DNA of 64,000 nt, taken from assembly GCA_006226415.1 (NCBI GenBank), contig SBGZ01000088.1, positions 2,874 to 66,873 of the forward strand, read 5' to 3'. Source of the DNA: Alphaproteobacteria bacterium (lineage in GTDB: Bacteria; Pseudomonadota; Alphaproteobacteria; M2410). A program made the position numbers and the translations under genes. Each line of letters begins with the position of its first letter. Within the stretch, counting starts at the first letter, position 1. The notes below the pieces were generated by a model. It was not told the origin of the DNA. It did no database searches and saw only the letters and a list, made by a program, of their open reading frames with translations. Shown here one piece after another: positions 19,545 through 28,227 of this stretch.

Positions 19545-20660
19545 GTGGCACTTAATGACTCTGAGCGTATTGCGCGCTTGCGCCTGATCAGGACCGATAA
19601 TGTAGGCCCGGCGACTTTCCACGCGCTCATTACCCGATACGGTTCCGCCGCCATCGCCCTTGAACAAATTAGCGAATTATCCCGCCGCGGCGGCCGCGCC
19701 AAACCGATCAAACCAGCCTCTCTAAAGCTGATCGAAGAGGAATGGCACGCCACCCACAAAGCCGGCGCACAATTCATCATGCTCGGGGATGACGACTACC
19801 CCCAGATGCTCACCGCTATAGAGCCAATCCCACCCCTGTTTTCGGCGCTCGGTCACGTCCATCTGATGAACAGGAAATGCGTCGCCATGGTCGGTGCGCG
19901 AAACGCCAGTGCCAACTCCCGCAAAATCGCGACGGATATGGGCCGCGATTTGGGCCAACATGGCTATGTGATCGCATCGGGTCTTGCCCGCGGCATTGAT
20001 ACGGCGGCCCACGCCGGCGCTCTCGATACCGGGACAATTGCCGTATTGGCAGGCGGTGTGACATCGGTTTATCCCAAAGAAAACGAAGCGCTTTATGCCA
20101 GCATTGCCGAACAGGGCTTGATCATCTCGGAAATGCCCCTTGGACATATTGGGCGCGCCAAGGACTTTCCCCGCCGCAATCGATTGATCTCAGGACTGTC
20201 TCACGCGGTCGTCGTTGTCGAGGCCGCGTTAAGGTCCGGCTCGCTCATCACAGCCCGCAATGCCCTTGAGCAATCGCGCGAGGTCCTTGCGGTTCCCGGC
20301 TCCCCCCTTGACCCACGCTGCCGTGGGGCCAACCACCTCATCAAACAAGGCGCTGCCCTTGTTGAAAATGCAGAGGACGTGATTACGCACCTGGAGACCT
20401 TTATGCCGCGGATGCTGGCAGACCCACCGCCGCAGAAAGACCCGCTGGCCGATCAGCCTCTGAGTATTTCCGATCAGGAACTGGATCGCTTCCGCAGCGA
20501 GATCATCATGCTTCTGGGTCCGGCGCCCACGGAAATTGATGAGATCATCCGGCAATCGGGCTGCTCGCCCGGTGTTGTCTCAATTATTTTGCTGGAACTT
20601 GATCTGGCTGGACGAATCGAGCGCTGGCCCGGTCAAAAAGTGTCCCTGATCGACACTTAG
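19545..20660 (+). CDS. dprA: DNA-processing protein DprA
   Basis: Contains VGARNASANSRKIA...SGLARGIDTAAH...TIAVLAGG and a C-terminal winged-helix region. Confidence 0.9.
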   Translation: MALNDSERIARLRLIRTDNVGPATFHALITRYGSAAIALEQISELSRRGGRAKPIKPASLKLIEEEWHATHKAGAQFIMLGDDDYPQMLTAIEPIPPLFSALGHVHLMNRKCVAMVGARNASANSRKIATDMGRDLGQHGYVIASGLARGIDTAAHAGALDTGTIAVLAGGVTSVYPKENEALYASIAEQGLIISEMPLGHIGRAKDFPRRNRLISGLSHAVVVVEAALRSGSLITARNALEQSREVLAVPGSPLDPRCRGANHLIKQGAALVENAEDVITHLETFMPRMLADPPPQKDPLADQPLSISDQELDRFRSEIIMLLGPAPTEIDEIIRQSGCSPGVVSIILLELDLAGRIERWPGQKVSLIDT

Positions 20661-20857
20661 AGCTTTTTCGAGCCCAGAAGGTTTGCTCCTTCGACAGCAG
20701 CCATTTCAAGCAGGTAACTCAGAAAATGTTGATTGCGGACAGTCGCGATCTGAGAAAGCGCGATCGTCATCTCACATATATATGCAACAGCCTGTTGATC
20801 TGTCAGACCAGGCAAAGAATCATCCAGGGATCCTTGTGGCTCATTTTGTTGCGTCAC
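20657..20857 (-). CDS. Hypothetical small protein (66 aa); weak call
   Basis: The ORF has a GTG start and no clear RBS. Its stop overlaps the dprA stop (TTAG). The predicted product is helical and I recognise no family. Confidence 0.3.
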   Translation of the reverse strand: MTQQNEPQGSLDDSLPGLTDQQAVAYICEMTIALSQIATVRNQHFLSYLLEMAAVEGANLLGSKKL

Positions 20858-21189
20858 GGACTAATATTTTCTGCAGTTTTCTGGGATTCCAGATTAAAAA
20901 TGATTACCTTGAGGTGTGCGATGAAAAAAGCACTACCAAATTCAACTTAGCGCCTCTACCGCCGAAAAGAAAGCAAAACGTGCAGCACTACTTAACTCCC
21001 TCATAACGGGAATTATGGGGCATTTCCGGCCCGCAGCCCCTACGCGCATCAATTTCCCGGCAGGAGCTTTTCACCCCGCGTTAAAGAAATTCTTTGCAAT
21101 CTCTCCCAAAATTTCTGTATGTCGGCTGTCTATATCTGCTGCAAACCAAATTTCCGGCCTGCTCAACAAGTAAAAGAGACGAGTTACGA

Positions 21190-23829
21190 ATGAACGTTGT
21201 CATCGTTGAATCTCCTGCCAAAGCAAAGACCATCAACAAATATCTCGGCAGTAATTACACCGTCCTGGCCAGCTACGGCCATGTGCGGGATCTGCCCTCC
21301 AAAGATGGTTCGGTGGAGCCTGACAACGACTTTGCCATGTCCTGGGAAGTAGATGCCCAGTCCGGCAAACGCCTCAACGACATTGCCAAGGCCGTCAAAG
21401 GCGCAGAAAAACTCATCCTCGCCACCGACCCCGACCGCGAAGGTGAAGCCATTTCCTGGCATGTCCTGGACATCCTGAACAAAAAAAACGCGCTCAAAGA
21501 CGTTGCTGTCGAGCGCGTTGTTTTTAATGCCATCACCAAAAAGTCCATTCTTGAGGCGATGGAAAATCCGCGCGGCATCGATCAGGAGCTGGTCGACGCC
21601 TACCTGGCACGCAGGGCCCTCGACTATCTTGTCGGATTTACACTTTCGCCCGTCCTCTGGCGCAAGCTGCCCGGCTCCCGCTCGGCCGGACGGGTGCAAT
21701 CCGTAACATTGCGCCTGATCTGCGACCGCGAATTGGAAATCGAAGCCTTCCGCGCCCAGGAATATTGGACCGTCGAAGCGGCGCTTTCGACAACCTCGGG
21801 CGATGCCCTAACGGCTCGCCTGGTATCGCTCGACGGCAAAAAGCTCGACAAGTTTGATCTCGCCGATGAGTCGACCGCCACCAAAGCCGTTCAAGCTATC
21901 CAGTCGAATGCCTTGAAAGTTCTTGAGGTCACATCCAAGCCGGCCAATCGTTATCCGGCGCCGCCTTTCACTACCTCGACCCTTCAACAGGAGGCTTCCC
22001 GCAAGCTCGGCTTCACCGCCAGCCGCACCATGCAGGTCGCCCAGCGCCTCTATGAAGGGGTTGAAATGAATGGCGAAACCGTTGGCCTCATCACCTATAT
22101 GCGGACCGACGGCGTCCAAATCGCACCAGAGGCCATGGGCGAAACCCGCCATGTCATCGAAGAGCAGTACGGTAAGGACTATCTGCCGGAGAGCCCCCGC
22201 GCCTATCGCTCGAAAGCAAAAAACGCTCAAGAGGCCCACGAAGCCATTCGCCCAACCAGCCTCAGCCGTCTGCCGGAGTATGTGCGCGGCATTGATTCCG
22301 ATCAGCGCCGCCTCTATGAGCTCATTTGGAAGCGAACCATCGCCAGCCAAATGCAAGCCGCACAATTTGAGCGCACGACCATTGAAATCGGCAACGACGC
22401 CGGGGCTGTCGGTCTGCGCGCAACGGGACAGGTCCTTATTTTCGATGGCTTCCTGAAGCTCTATCAGGAAGGTGTGGATGACGAGGCCGACAGTGAAGAT
22501 GGTGGCCGCCTGCCCAAAGTGAACGAGGCCGATCCGCTCGATCAAATCAAGATCGAACCAAGCCAGCACTTCACAGAACCGCCGCCGCGCTATTCCGAAG
22601 CCACACTCGTCAAAAAACTTGAAGAGCTTGGCATTGGTCGCCCCTCGACCTACGCCTCCATCCTTTCGGTGTTGAAAGACCGCGCCTATGTGCGCATGGA
22701 AAAGAAGCGGTTCCACCCGGAAGATAAGGGCCGCCTTGTCACCGCCTTCCTCGAAAGCTTTTTCACCAAATGGGTTGAGTATGACTTCACAGCAGGCCTG
22801 GAAGAGCAGCTCGACGAAGTTTCTGACGGTAAACTTCAGTACAAAGATTTCCTGAGAAATTTCTGGACCGATTTTACCGCCAATGTTGACGACATCACCG
22901 ATCTGCGGATTTCAGAGGTCCTTGACGCCCTGAACGAAATTCTCGCTCCCCACGTTTTCCCGCCCAAGGAAGATGGCACAGACCCACGCAAATGCCCAAG
23001 CTGCGAAACCGGCCAGCTCAGTCTGAAGGTGGGCCGATTTGGCGCCTTTGTCGGCTGCTCGGATTATCCCGAATGCAAATTCACAAGACCGCTGACACCC
23101 GGCGAAGGTGACGCCGCCGAAGAAGACAAAGTTCTGGGACCGGATCCGGAAACCGGCCTCGACATCACATTAAAGAACGGCCGCTTTGGACCTTACGTTC
23201 AGGTTGGTGAAGCTGAGGATGGCAACAAACCCAAACGTGCCGGCATCCCCAAAGACAAACCCTTTGATGAAGTCGATTACGAATACGCCCTGAAGCTCCT
23301 GGCGCTCCCCCGCGAAGTCGGCACCCACCCCGAGACCGGCAAGAAGATTACAGCCGGCATCGGGCGCTATGGTCCTTTTGTTCTACATGATCGCAAATAT
23401 GCCAATCTGGAAAACTCCGAAGAAGCCTTCACGGTAGGCGTCAACCGCGCCGTCACGGTGCTGGCCGAAAAAGCTGCCAAGGGCGGCGGTCGATCCTCGA
23501 GTGCCTTGAAGGAAGTCGGCGACCACCCGGAAAGTGGCAAGCCTGTGCGCGTTATGGATGGCCGCTTCGGCCCCTATATCAAATATCAGAAAATCAATGC
23601 CACCCTGCCCAAGGATGTGCCGCCAGAAAGCGTCACCATGGAAATGGCTCTTGAACTGATCGCCAAGAAAGAAGCCAAGGGACCCGCTAAAAAGAAAGCG
23701 ACCAAAAAGAAGGCGGCGAAGAAAAAGACCGCCAAGAAGAAGACCGCAACCAAGAAGAAAACAGCCAAGAAGAAGACGGCCACCAAAAAGAAACCGGCCG
23801 CCAAAAAAGCGGCAAAAACGGACGGTTAA
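21190..23829 (+). CDS. topA: DNA topoisomerase I with a Lys-rich C-terminal tail
   Basis: MNVVIVESPAKAKTINKYLG marks the Toprim start, and the active-site region reads GLITYMRTDG. There is one C4 zinc ribbon (CPSCETG...CSDYPEC) followed by Cys-less GRFGPY repeats. The track ORF's 32 extra N-terminal codons are rejected. Confidence 0.95.
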   Translation: MNVVIVESPAKAKTINKYLGSNYTVLASYGHVRDLPSKDGSVEPDNDFAMSWEVDAQSGKRLNDIAKAVKGAEKLILATDPDREGEAISWHVLDILNKKNALKDVAVERVVFNAITKKSILEAMENPRGIDQELVDAYLARRALDYLVGFTLSPVLWRKLPGSRSAGRVQSVTLRLICDRELEIEAFRAQEYWTVEAALSTTSGDALTARLVSLDGKKLDKFDLADESTATKAVQAIQSNALKVLEVTSKPANRYPAPPFTTSTLQQEASRKLGFTASRTMQVAQRLYEGVEMNGETVGLITYMRTDGVQIAPEAMGETRHVIEEQYGKDYLPESPRAYRSKAKNAQEAHEAIRPTSLSRLPEYVRGIDSDQRRLYELIWKRTIASQMQAAQFERTTIEIGNDAGAVGLRATGQVLIFDGFLKLYQEGVDDEADSEDGGRLPKVNEADPLDQIKIEPSQHFTEPPPRYSEATLVKKLEELGIGRPSTYASILSVLKDRAYVRMEKKRFHPEDKGRLVTAFLESFFTKWVEYDFTAGLEEQLDEVSDGKLQYKDFLRNFWTDFTANVDDITDLRISEVLDALNEILAPHVFPPKEDGTDPRKCPSCETGQLSLKVGRFGAFVGCSDYPECKFTRPLTPGEGDAAEEDKVLGPDPETGLDITLKNGRFGPYVQVGEAEDGNKPKRAGIPKDKPFDEVDYEYALKLLALPREVGTHPETGKKITAGIGRYGPFVLHDRKYANLENSEEAFTVGVNRAVTVLAEKAAKGGGRSSSALKEVGDHPESGKPVRVMDGRFGPYIKYQKINATLPKDVPPESVTMEMALELIAKKEAKGPAKKKATKKKAAKKKTAKKKTATKKKTAKKKTATKKKPAAKKAAKTDG

Positions 23830-23838
23830 AGAACCACG

Positions 23839-26115
23839 GTGAGTAAAAAGCCCCGAAGCGGGAAGTCAAAATCTGGTAATCGTCCAGCCCCCGTCCCCAC
23901 AAGGGAACAGGTGCTCACCTATATTCAGGAAAATCCGGATAGGGCCACCAAGCGTGAGATCGCCCGCGCCTTTGGTGTCACTGGCGCTAATCGCATCCCC
24001 TTAAAACATCTGCTCAAAGATTTGGCCGAAGAAGGCCTGATCGAAAAAAAACGGGGGCAGACGTTCTTGAGCAAGGGCGAGCTACCCTCGGTGACGGTGC
24101 TCGAGGTCGTCAGCATCGACACCGATGGTGAGATCAAGGCCCGCCCCACCGCCTGGGATGCTGACACACCTTATCCTGAAATCTTTCTCGCCCCTGGTTC
24201 GGGCATGGGCCGCGGACGCACGGGCCGGGCCCTCGGCATTGGAGAACGCGCCCTCTGCCGGATTGCCAAGAAAAGCGATGGCGTCTACGTGGCGCGTGTC
24301 ATGCGCCGTCTGGATCGCGAGGAAGGTCGCATTCTCGGCGTTTATGAGAAAGTCGGGCGCGACGGACGCATCAAACCGGTCGACCGCAAGTCCAAACGAG
24401 ATTTTGGGGTCCGTGAACAAGAGGCCTCGGGTGCCCAAACCGGAGATCTGGTTTTCGCGGAACTTCTTCCCCGGGGGGAATATGGGGCGCACCTAGCAAA
24501 AATCACACAAATCCTTGGCTCCACCGAAGACCCCAAAACCATCTCCCTGATTGCTGTTTACACCCATGGCATTCCCATGGAATTCCCGGATGCCGTCCTG
24601 AGCGATGTGGAAAAAATTGAGCCGCCCAAAGTTTCGGACCGCACGGATCTGACGGAACTGCCCTTTTTGACCATCGACCCGGCAGATGCCCGCGACCACG
24701 ATGATGCCGTCTATGCCGAACCCGACACCGATCCATCCAATGAGGGTGGCTGGATCGTTTGGGTTGCCATTGCTGATGTTGCACATTTCGTGCGCCCCGG
24801 CTCCACGCTGGACCGGGAGGCTCGCCGACGGGGCAATTCCTGTTACTTCCCCGATCGGGTGGTTCCCATGTTGCCGGAACGGCTCTCAGGGGATCTGTGC
24901 AGCCTGCATGAGGATGTCGACAGATCCGTGATGGCCGTTCGCATGACCTTTGACCGGCATGGTCACAAAAAACGCCACAAATTCGTCCGGGGCCTCATGC
25001 GCTCGCGCGCCTCTATGTCCTATGAGGAAGCCCAGCGCATCATTGCCAGCGGCGATGAAAGCGCCCCCAATGCATCGACCGTTCTTCACCTCTGGCAGGC
25101 CTTCAAGGCGCTAGAAGAAGCACGTGTCGAACGCCAGCCCCTGGAACTGGATGTCCCCGAGCACAAGATTGAGCTAGACACCGAAGGCCACATTACGAAG
25201 GTGGGCTTACGCGATCGCTTTGAAGCGCACCGCCTCATTGAAGATTTCATGATTGCCGCCAATGTCTGCGCCGCCGAAACACTTGAGAAACAAAACACCC
25301 CGCTCCTTTACCGCGTGCATGAGCCGCCAGGTGACGAGAAACTCTGGGCCTTGCAGGAATTTCTCGAAACGCTTGATATCAAGCTGGCGCGAGGCCAGGC
25401 GCTCCGCACCACTCATCTCAACAAGATCCTGGCGCGCGTCAAAGATGGTGACTTTGAATCCATGGTCAACGAAGTCATGTTGCGCTCCCAAAGCCAGGCG
25501 AAATACAGCCCCGACAACCTGGGCCATTTCGGACTAAACCTGCAGCGATATGCGCATTTCACATCACCGATCCGTCGCTACGCAGATCTCATCGTTCACC
25601 GCGCGCTCATTCGCGCGCTCAAGCTCGGACCAGACGGATTATCCGATGCCGAAATCGGTGAACTCCCTGACGTTGGGGAAGAGATATCCGGTCATGAACG
25701 CCGCGCCATGGCGGCTGAACGCGACTCCAATGATCGCTACATCGCTGCCTTCCTGAAGGACCGCATTGGCGCCACCTTCACCGGCAAGGTTACCGGTGTT
25801 ACCCGGTTTGGCCTCTTCGTCCGGCTCAATGAAACCGGCGCCGATGGCCTTGTCCCCATCCGCCGCCTGCCCGGCAATGAATATTACCACCACGTTGAAA
25901 CGGAACATGCCCTTGTCGGAGAAATTACCGGCAACCGTTATCACCTCGGCGACAATGTCGAAGTGCGCCTTGAAGAGGCCGTCCCGCTCACTGGCGGCCT
26001 TCTCTTTGACATCCTGACCCCGCCCCGACCCGGCAAGAAAAAGAAATTCTCCCCGCGCCCCGACGGCAAGCGCGGCCGCAATTTCAAAGCCAAACGCGGC
26101 AAGAAAAATCGGTGA
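23839..26115 (+). CDS. rnr: Ribonuclease R
   Basis: RNB domain motifs are present (IDPADARDHDDAV, CYFPDRVVPMLPE, HFGL....YAHFTSPIRRYADL). An S1 domain and a basic tail follow. The start codon is GTG. Confidence 0.9.
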   Translation: MSKKPRSGKSKSGNRPAPVPTREQVLTYIQENPDRATKREIARAFGVTGANRIPLKHLLKDLAEEGLIEKKRGQTFLSKGELPSVTVLEVVSIDTDGEIKARPTAWDADTPYPEIFLAPGSGMGRGRTGRALGIGERALCRIAKKSDGVYVARVMRRLDREEGRILGVYEKVGRDGRIKPVDRKSKRDFGVREQEASGAQTGDLVFAELLPRGEYGAHLAKITQILGSTEDPKTISLIAVYTHGIPMEFPDAVLSDVEKIEPPKVSDRTDLTELPFLTIDPADARDHDDAVYAEPDTDPSNEGGWIVWVAIADVAHFVRPGSTLDREARRRGNSCYFPDRVVPMLPERLSGDLCSLHEDVDRSVMAVRMTFDRHGHKKRHKFVRGLMRSRASMSYEEAQRIIASGDESAPNASTVLHLWQAFKALEEARVERQPLELDVPEHKIELDTEGHITKVGLRDRFEAHRLIEDFMIAANVCAAETLEKQNTPLLYRVHEPPGDEKLWALQEFLETLDIKLARGQALRTTHLNKILARVKDGDFESMVNEVMLRSQSQAKYSPDNLGHFGLNLQRYAHFTSPIRRYADLIVHRALIRALKLGPDGLSDAEIGELPDVGEEISGHERRAMAAERDSNDRYIAAFLKDRIGATFTGKVTGVTRFGLFVRLNETGADGLVPIRRLPGNEYYHHVETEHALVGEITGNRYHLGDNVEVRLEEAVPLTGGLLFDILTPPRPGKKKKFSPRPDGKRGRNFKAKRGKKNR

Positions 26116-26156
26116 GTGAGATCTCCTGGCTTGGCTGGGAGGTCAAATTTCAGGTT

Positions 26157-26232
26157 CCCCCGCGAAGGCGGGGGTCCAGAGCAGCTTGGCCAGACGTCAT
26201 TTATTGCCCTGGGTTCCCGCCTGCGCGGGAAC
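26157..26232. repeat. Pair of REP-like GC-rich palindromes
   Basis: The first is CCCCCGC-GAAG-GCGGGGG (26157-26174). The second is GTTCCCGC-CTGC-GCGGGAAC (26213-26232). Both lie in the rnr-NUDIX spacer. Confidence 0.5.
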
Positions 26233-26333
26233 ACAAAACTTTGAAGCTTTCACACACTTTCGCCCAATGGCAAAGAGTACCCTTGCCCCTCACCCATCCC
26301 TCATGCCACCCTTGTGGGCAGGGAGTCATTAGC

Positions 26334-27080
26334 GTGACCAATAGAACAAAGAATAAAACCGACTACGATCCGAAATATATATCCGGGCAGGAAATCCGGC
26401 AAAAGGGCCCTGCCGTTCGGCCGAAAGATGCCGCAACCCTGATCATCGTTCGCGAGGATGACATAAGCCCGCGCATCCTCCTGGGGCGCCGTGCTCAAGG
26501 GCACAAATTTATGCCCAACAAATTTGTCTTCCCGGGCGGACGGGTCGATCCCGGCGACAGCCGCATCACGCCGCACCGCGATTTGCACCCGGATGTCCTG
26601 GCACGCCTGTCAGAGGGCTGCACGCCCTCCAAAGCGCGCGCGCTCGCACTTGCCGCCATTCGTGAAACCTTTGAAGAAGCAGGGCTCCTCATCGGCCAAA
26701 AAAGCGATGACCCGATTACAACCCGCTCCGCCCATTGGCGCCCCTTCATGGAACATGGGGTGCGCCCCGCCCTCGACAACCTGCACTTCATCGCCCGCGC
26801 CATCACGCCGCCCTATCGCAGCCGACGCTTTGACGCCCGCTTTTTTATGACCAGCTCCGATGCCATCCAGGGCGACCTGCACGACACCACCAAAGCCTCC
26901 GGCGAACTTCTTGAGCTGCATTGGTTCACATTGCCCGAAGCCATGGAGCTGGAATTGCCCAACATCACCCGCATGGTCTTGGGCGAGGTCGAGCGCCGTC
27001 TGGCCACGCCGGTGACACACCGCGAGCCAGGTCCCTTTGTCCGCTTCCGCCACGGCAAGCCCATAAGGGGGGTCGTGTGA
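26334..27080 (+). CDS. NUDIX-family hydrolase (paralogue 1)
   Basis: GTG at 26334 follows GGGAG. The product contains FPGGRVD...AAIRETFEEAGL. The track ORF's upstream 74 codons run through the REP-like palindromes. Confidence 0.75.
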   Translation: MTNRTKNKTDYDPKYISGQEIRQKGPAVRPKDAATLIIVREDDISPRILLGRRAQGHKFMPNKFVFPGGRVDPGDSRITPHRDLHPDVLARLSEGCTPSKARALALAAIRETFEEAGLLIGQKSDDPITTRSAHWRPFMEHGVRPALDNLHFIARAITPPYRSRRFDARFFMTSSDAIQGDLHDTTKASGELLELHWFTLPEAMELELPNITRMVLGEVERRLATPVTHREPGPFVRFRHGKPIRGVV

Positions 27081-27817
27081 CCCTTTCAAAACCCGCTCGC
27101 CCCCCAGTCCCGGTTCGTCCCCCAACCCCGGTTCGTCCCCCAACCCCGGTTCGTCCACGTGATGCGGCCAGTCTCGTACCCCTCCGGCAAAACCAGGGCA
27201 CCCTGGAGGTCCTGATGGGACGCCGCCCGCCGCGCTCGGCCTTTATTCCCGATGCCTTTGTCTTTCCTGGCGGCAAACTGGATGCCCATGATTTCGCCGT
27301 CACCCCTGCCCGCGATCTCCGGCCCGAGGTTGCGGATGTCACCTCTGCCACACGGCGCTGCACGCCTGGGCGTGCCCGAGCCCTGGCCAATGCCGCCATC
27401 CGTGAAACTTTCGAGGAAACTGGCCTCATGCTCGTTGCGCCCGGAGAGGCTGGCGCCCAGCTTGACGAGGCCTGGCAGCCTTTCGCCGACCAAAAGCTGG
27501 CGCCTGACCATGGCGGCCTGGTTCTGCTGGGGCGAGCGATTACACCGCCGATCAGCCCCATGCGCTTTCATGCGCGTTTTTTCACGGTACTGGACGCTAC
27601 CTGGAGCGGCCGACTGACCCCCAATACAGAACTCCTGGATATCGCCTGGCGCCCCTTGGAGGAGGCCCGGAAACTGCCCATGATTGACGTCACCGAGTGG
27701 ATGTTGGACCGGGTGCAGGAAATCTCTGATTCCGGCGGTCCTGAGGCCCTGAAGTCTCAGGGAGCCGCCCCGCTCCTCAGCTACCGCCACGGCAAATTGG
27801 CCCTGAAATATGCCTGA
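27077..27817 (+). CDS. NUDIX-family hydrolase (paralogue 2)
   Basis: The GTG start overlaps the upstream stop as GTGA. The product contains FPGGKLD...AAIRETFEETGL, and its overall layout matches paralogue 1. Confidence 0.75.
   Translation: MTLSKPARPPVPVRPPTPVRPPTPVRPRDAASLVPLRQNQGTLEVLMGRRPPRSAFIPDAFVFPGGKLDAHDFAVTPARDLRPEVADVTSATRRCTPGRARALANAAIRETFEETGLMLVAPGEAGAQLDEAWQPFADQKLAPDHGGLVLLGRAITPPISPMRFHARFFTVLDATWSGRLTPNTELLDIAWRPLEEARKLPMIDVTEWMLDRVQEISDSGGPEALKSQGAAPLLSYRHGKLALKYA
27101..27154 (+). repeat. 3 x 18-bp tandem repeat, in frame (encodes P-P-x-P-V-R)
   Basis: The units are cccccagtcccggttcgt, cccccaaccccggttcgt and cccccaaccccggttcgt. Confidence 0.9.
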
Positions 27818-27883
27818 ATGAGTGGTTTTTGGCGCGGCCGCACCCAAAATGCACCCCTTTCGGCGAATTTCAGCCGCTTCAGC

Positions 27884-27911
27884 TTGACTTTGCCCCGCTC
27901 ATGAGTAAAGT
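27884..27911 (+). promoter_or_regulatory. Candidate sigma-70 promoter of rpmG
   Basis: TTGACT (27884-27889), a 16-nt spacer, then TAAAGT (27906-27911). The element lies about 70 nt upstream of the rpmG ATG. Confidence 0.3.
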
Positions 27912-27977
27912 CCGCCCCTCATTTGACGAGTTTTCGTAGGGTTTCAAAATCCTGCCCCAGCTGATGGAGTGAGGCCA

Positions 27978-28145
27978 ATGGCCAAGCAACCGACAATCAA
28001 GATCCGGCTCAACAGCACAGCGGATACCGGCTACTTCTATGTCACCAAGAAGAACAGCCGCACCATGACCGAAAAGATGAAGGTCAAGAAATACGACCCC
28101 GTCGTTCGCAAGCATGTTGAGTTTGTAGAAGGAAAAATCAAGTAA
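27978..28145 (+). CDS. rpmG: 50S ribosomal protein L33
   Basis: Hand translation gives [55 protein letters not shown] (55 aa). An RBS GGAGTGAGG lies upstream. The gene is absent from the ORF track because it encodes fewer than 60 aa. Confidence 0.9.
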   Translation: MAKQPTIKIRLNSTADTGYFYVTKKNSRTMTEKMKVKKYDPVVRKHVEFVEGKIK

Positions 28146-28170
28146 GGTCAAAGCCTTAACTTGAAAAGAT

Positions 28171-28206
28171 AAAGCGCGCCAACAAGATTTGGGCGCGCTT
28201 TTTTAT
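28171..28206. terminator. Bidirectional intrinsic terminator (rpmG / pleD)
   Basis: The stem is GCGCGCC (28174-28180) paired with GGCGCGC (28192-28198). TTTTTTATT follows it and AAA lies 5' of it. Confidence 0.7.
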
Positions 28207-28227
28207 TGCCTCAAAGGACTGGATCTA

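Noticed and set aside
21094-21189. N-terminal extensions of track ORFs: topA from 21094, NUDIX from 26112 and 26921, carboxypeptidase from 40931, deiminase-like from 34487, CysG-N-like from 57252, methyltransferase from 1787, pyrB from 16544, gatC from 14615 and the Lys-rich gene from 10799.
   Set aside because: In every case the family-conserved N-terminus begins at a downstream start codon with a better RBS. The upstream part runs through promoters, REP-like palindromes or AT-rich DNA.
21808-22716. A 302-aa ORF antisense to topA. Similar long antisense ORFs occur at 59909..61108 (399 aa, in pccA), 16868..17566 (in pyrB), 26610..27847 (three ORFs in the NUDIX genes), 35875..36435 and 31323..32031.
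   Set aside because: Each lies entirely inside a confidently identified gene on the other strand. Their composition is Arg/Gly/Ala/Pro-rich and low in complexity, as expected for antisense frames of GC-rich genes. None has family-like motifs or an RBS.
27879-28151. A 90-aa minus-strand ORF, the only track ORF covering this region.
   Set aside because: The plus strand encodes a textbook 55-aa ribosomal protein L33 with an RBS and a terminator. The antisense ORF has no start context and no recognisable sequence.
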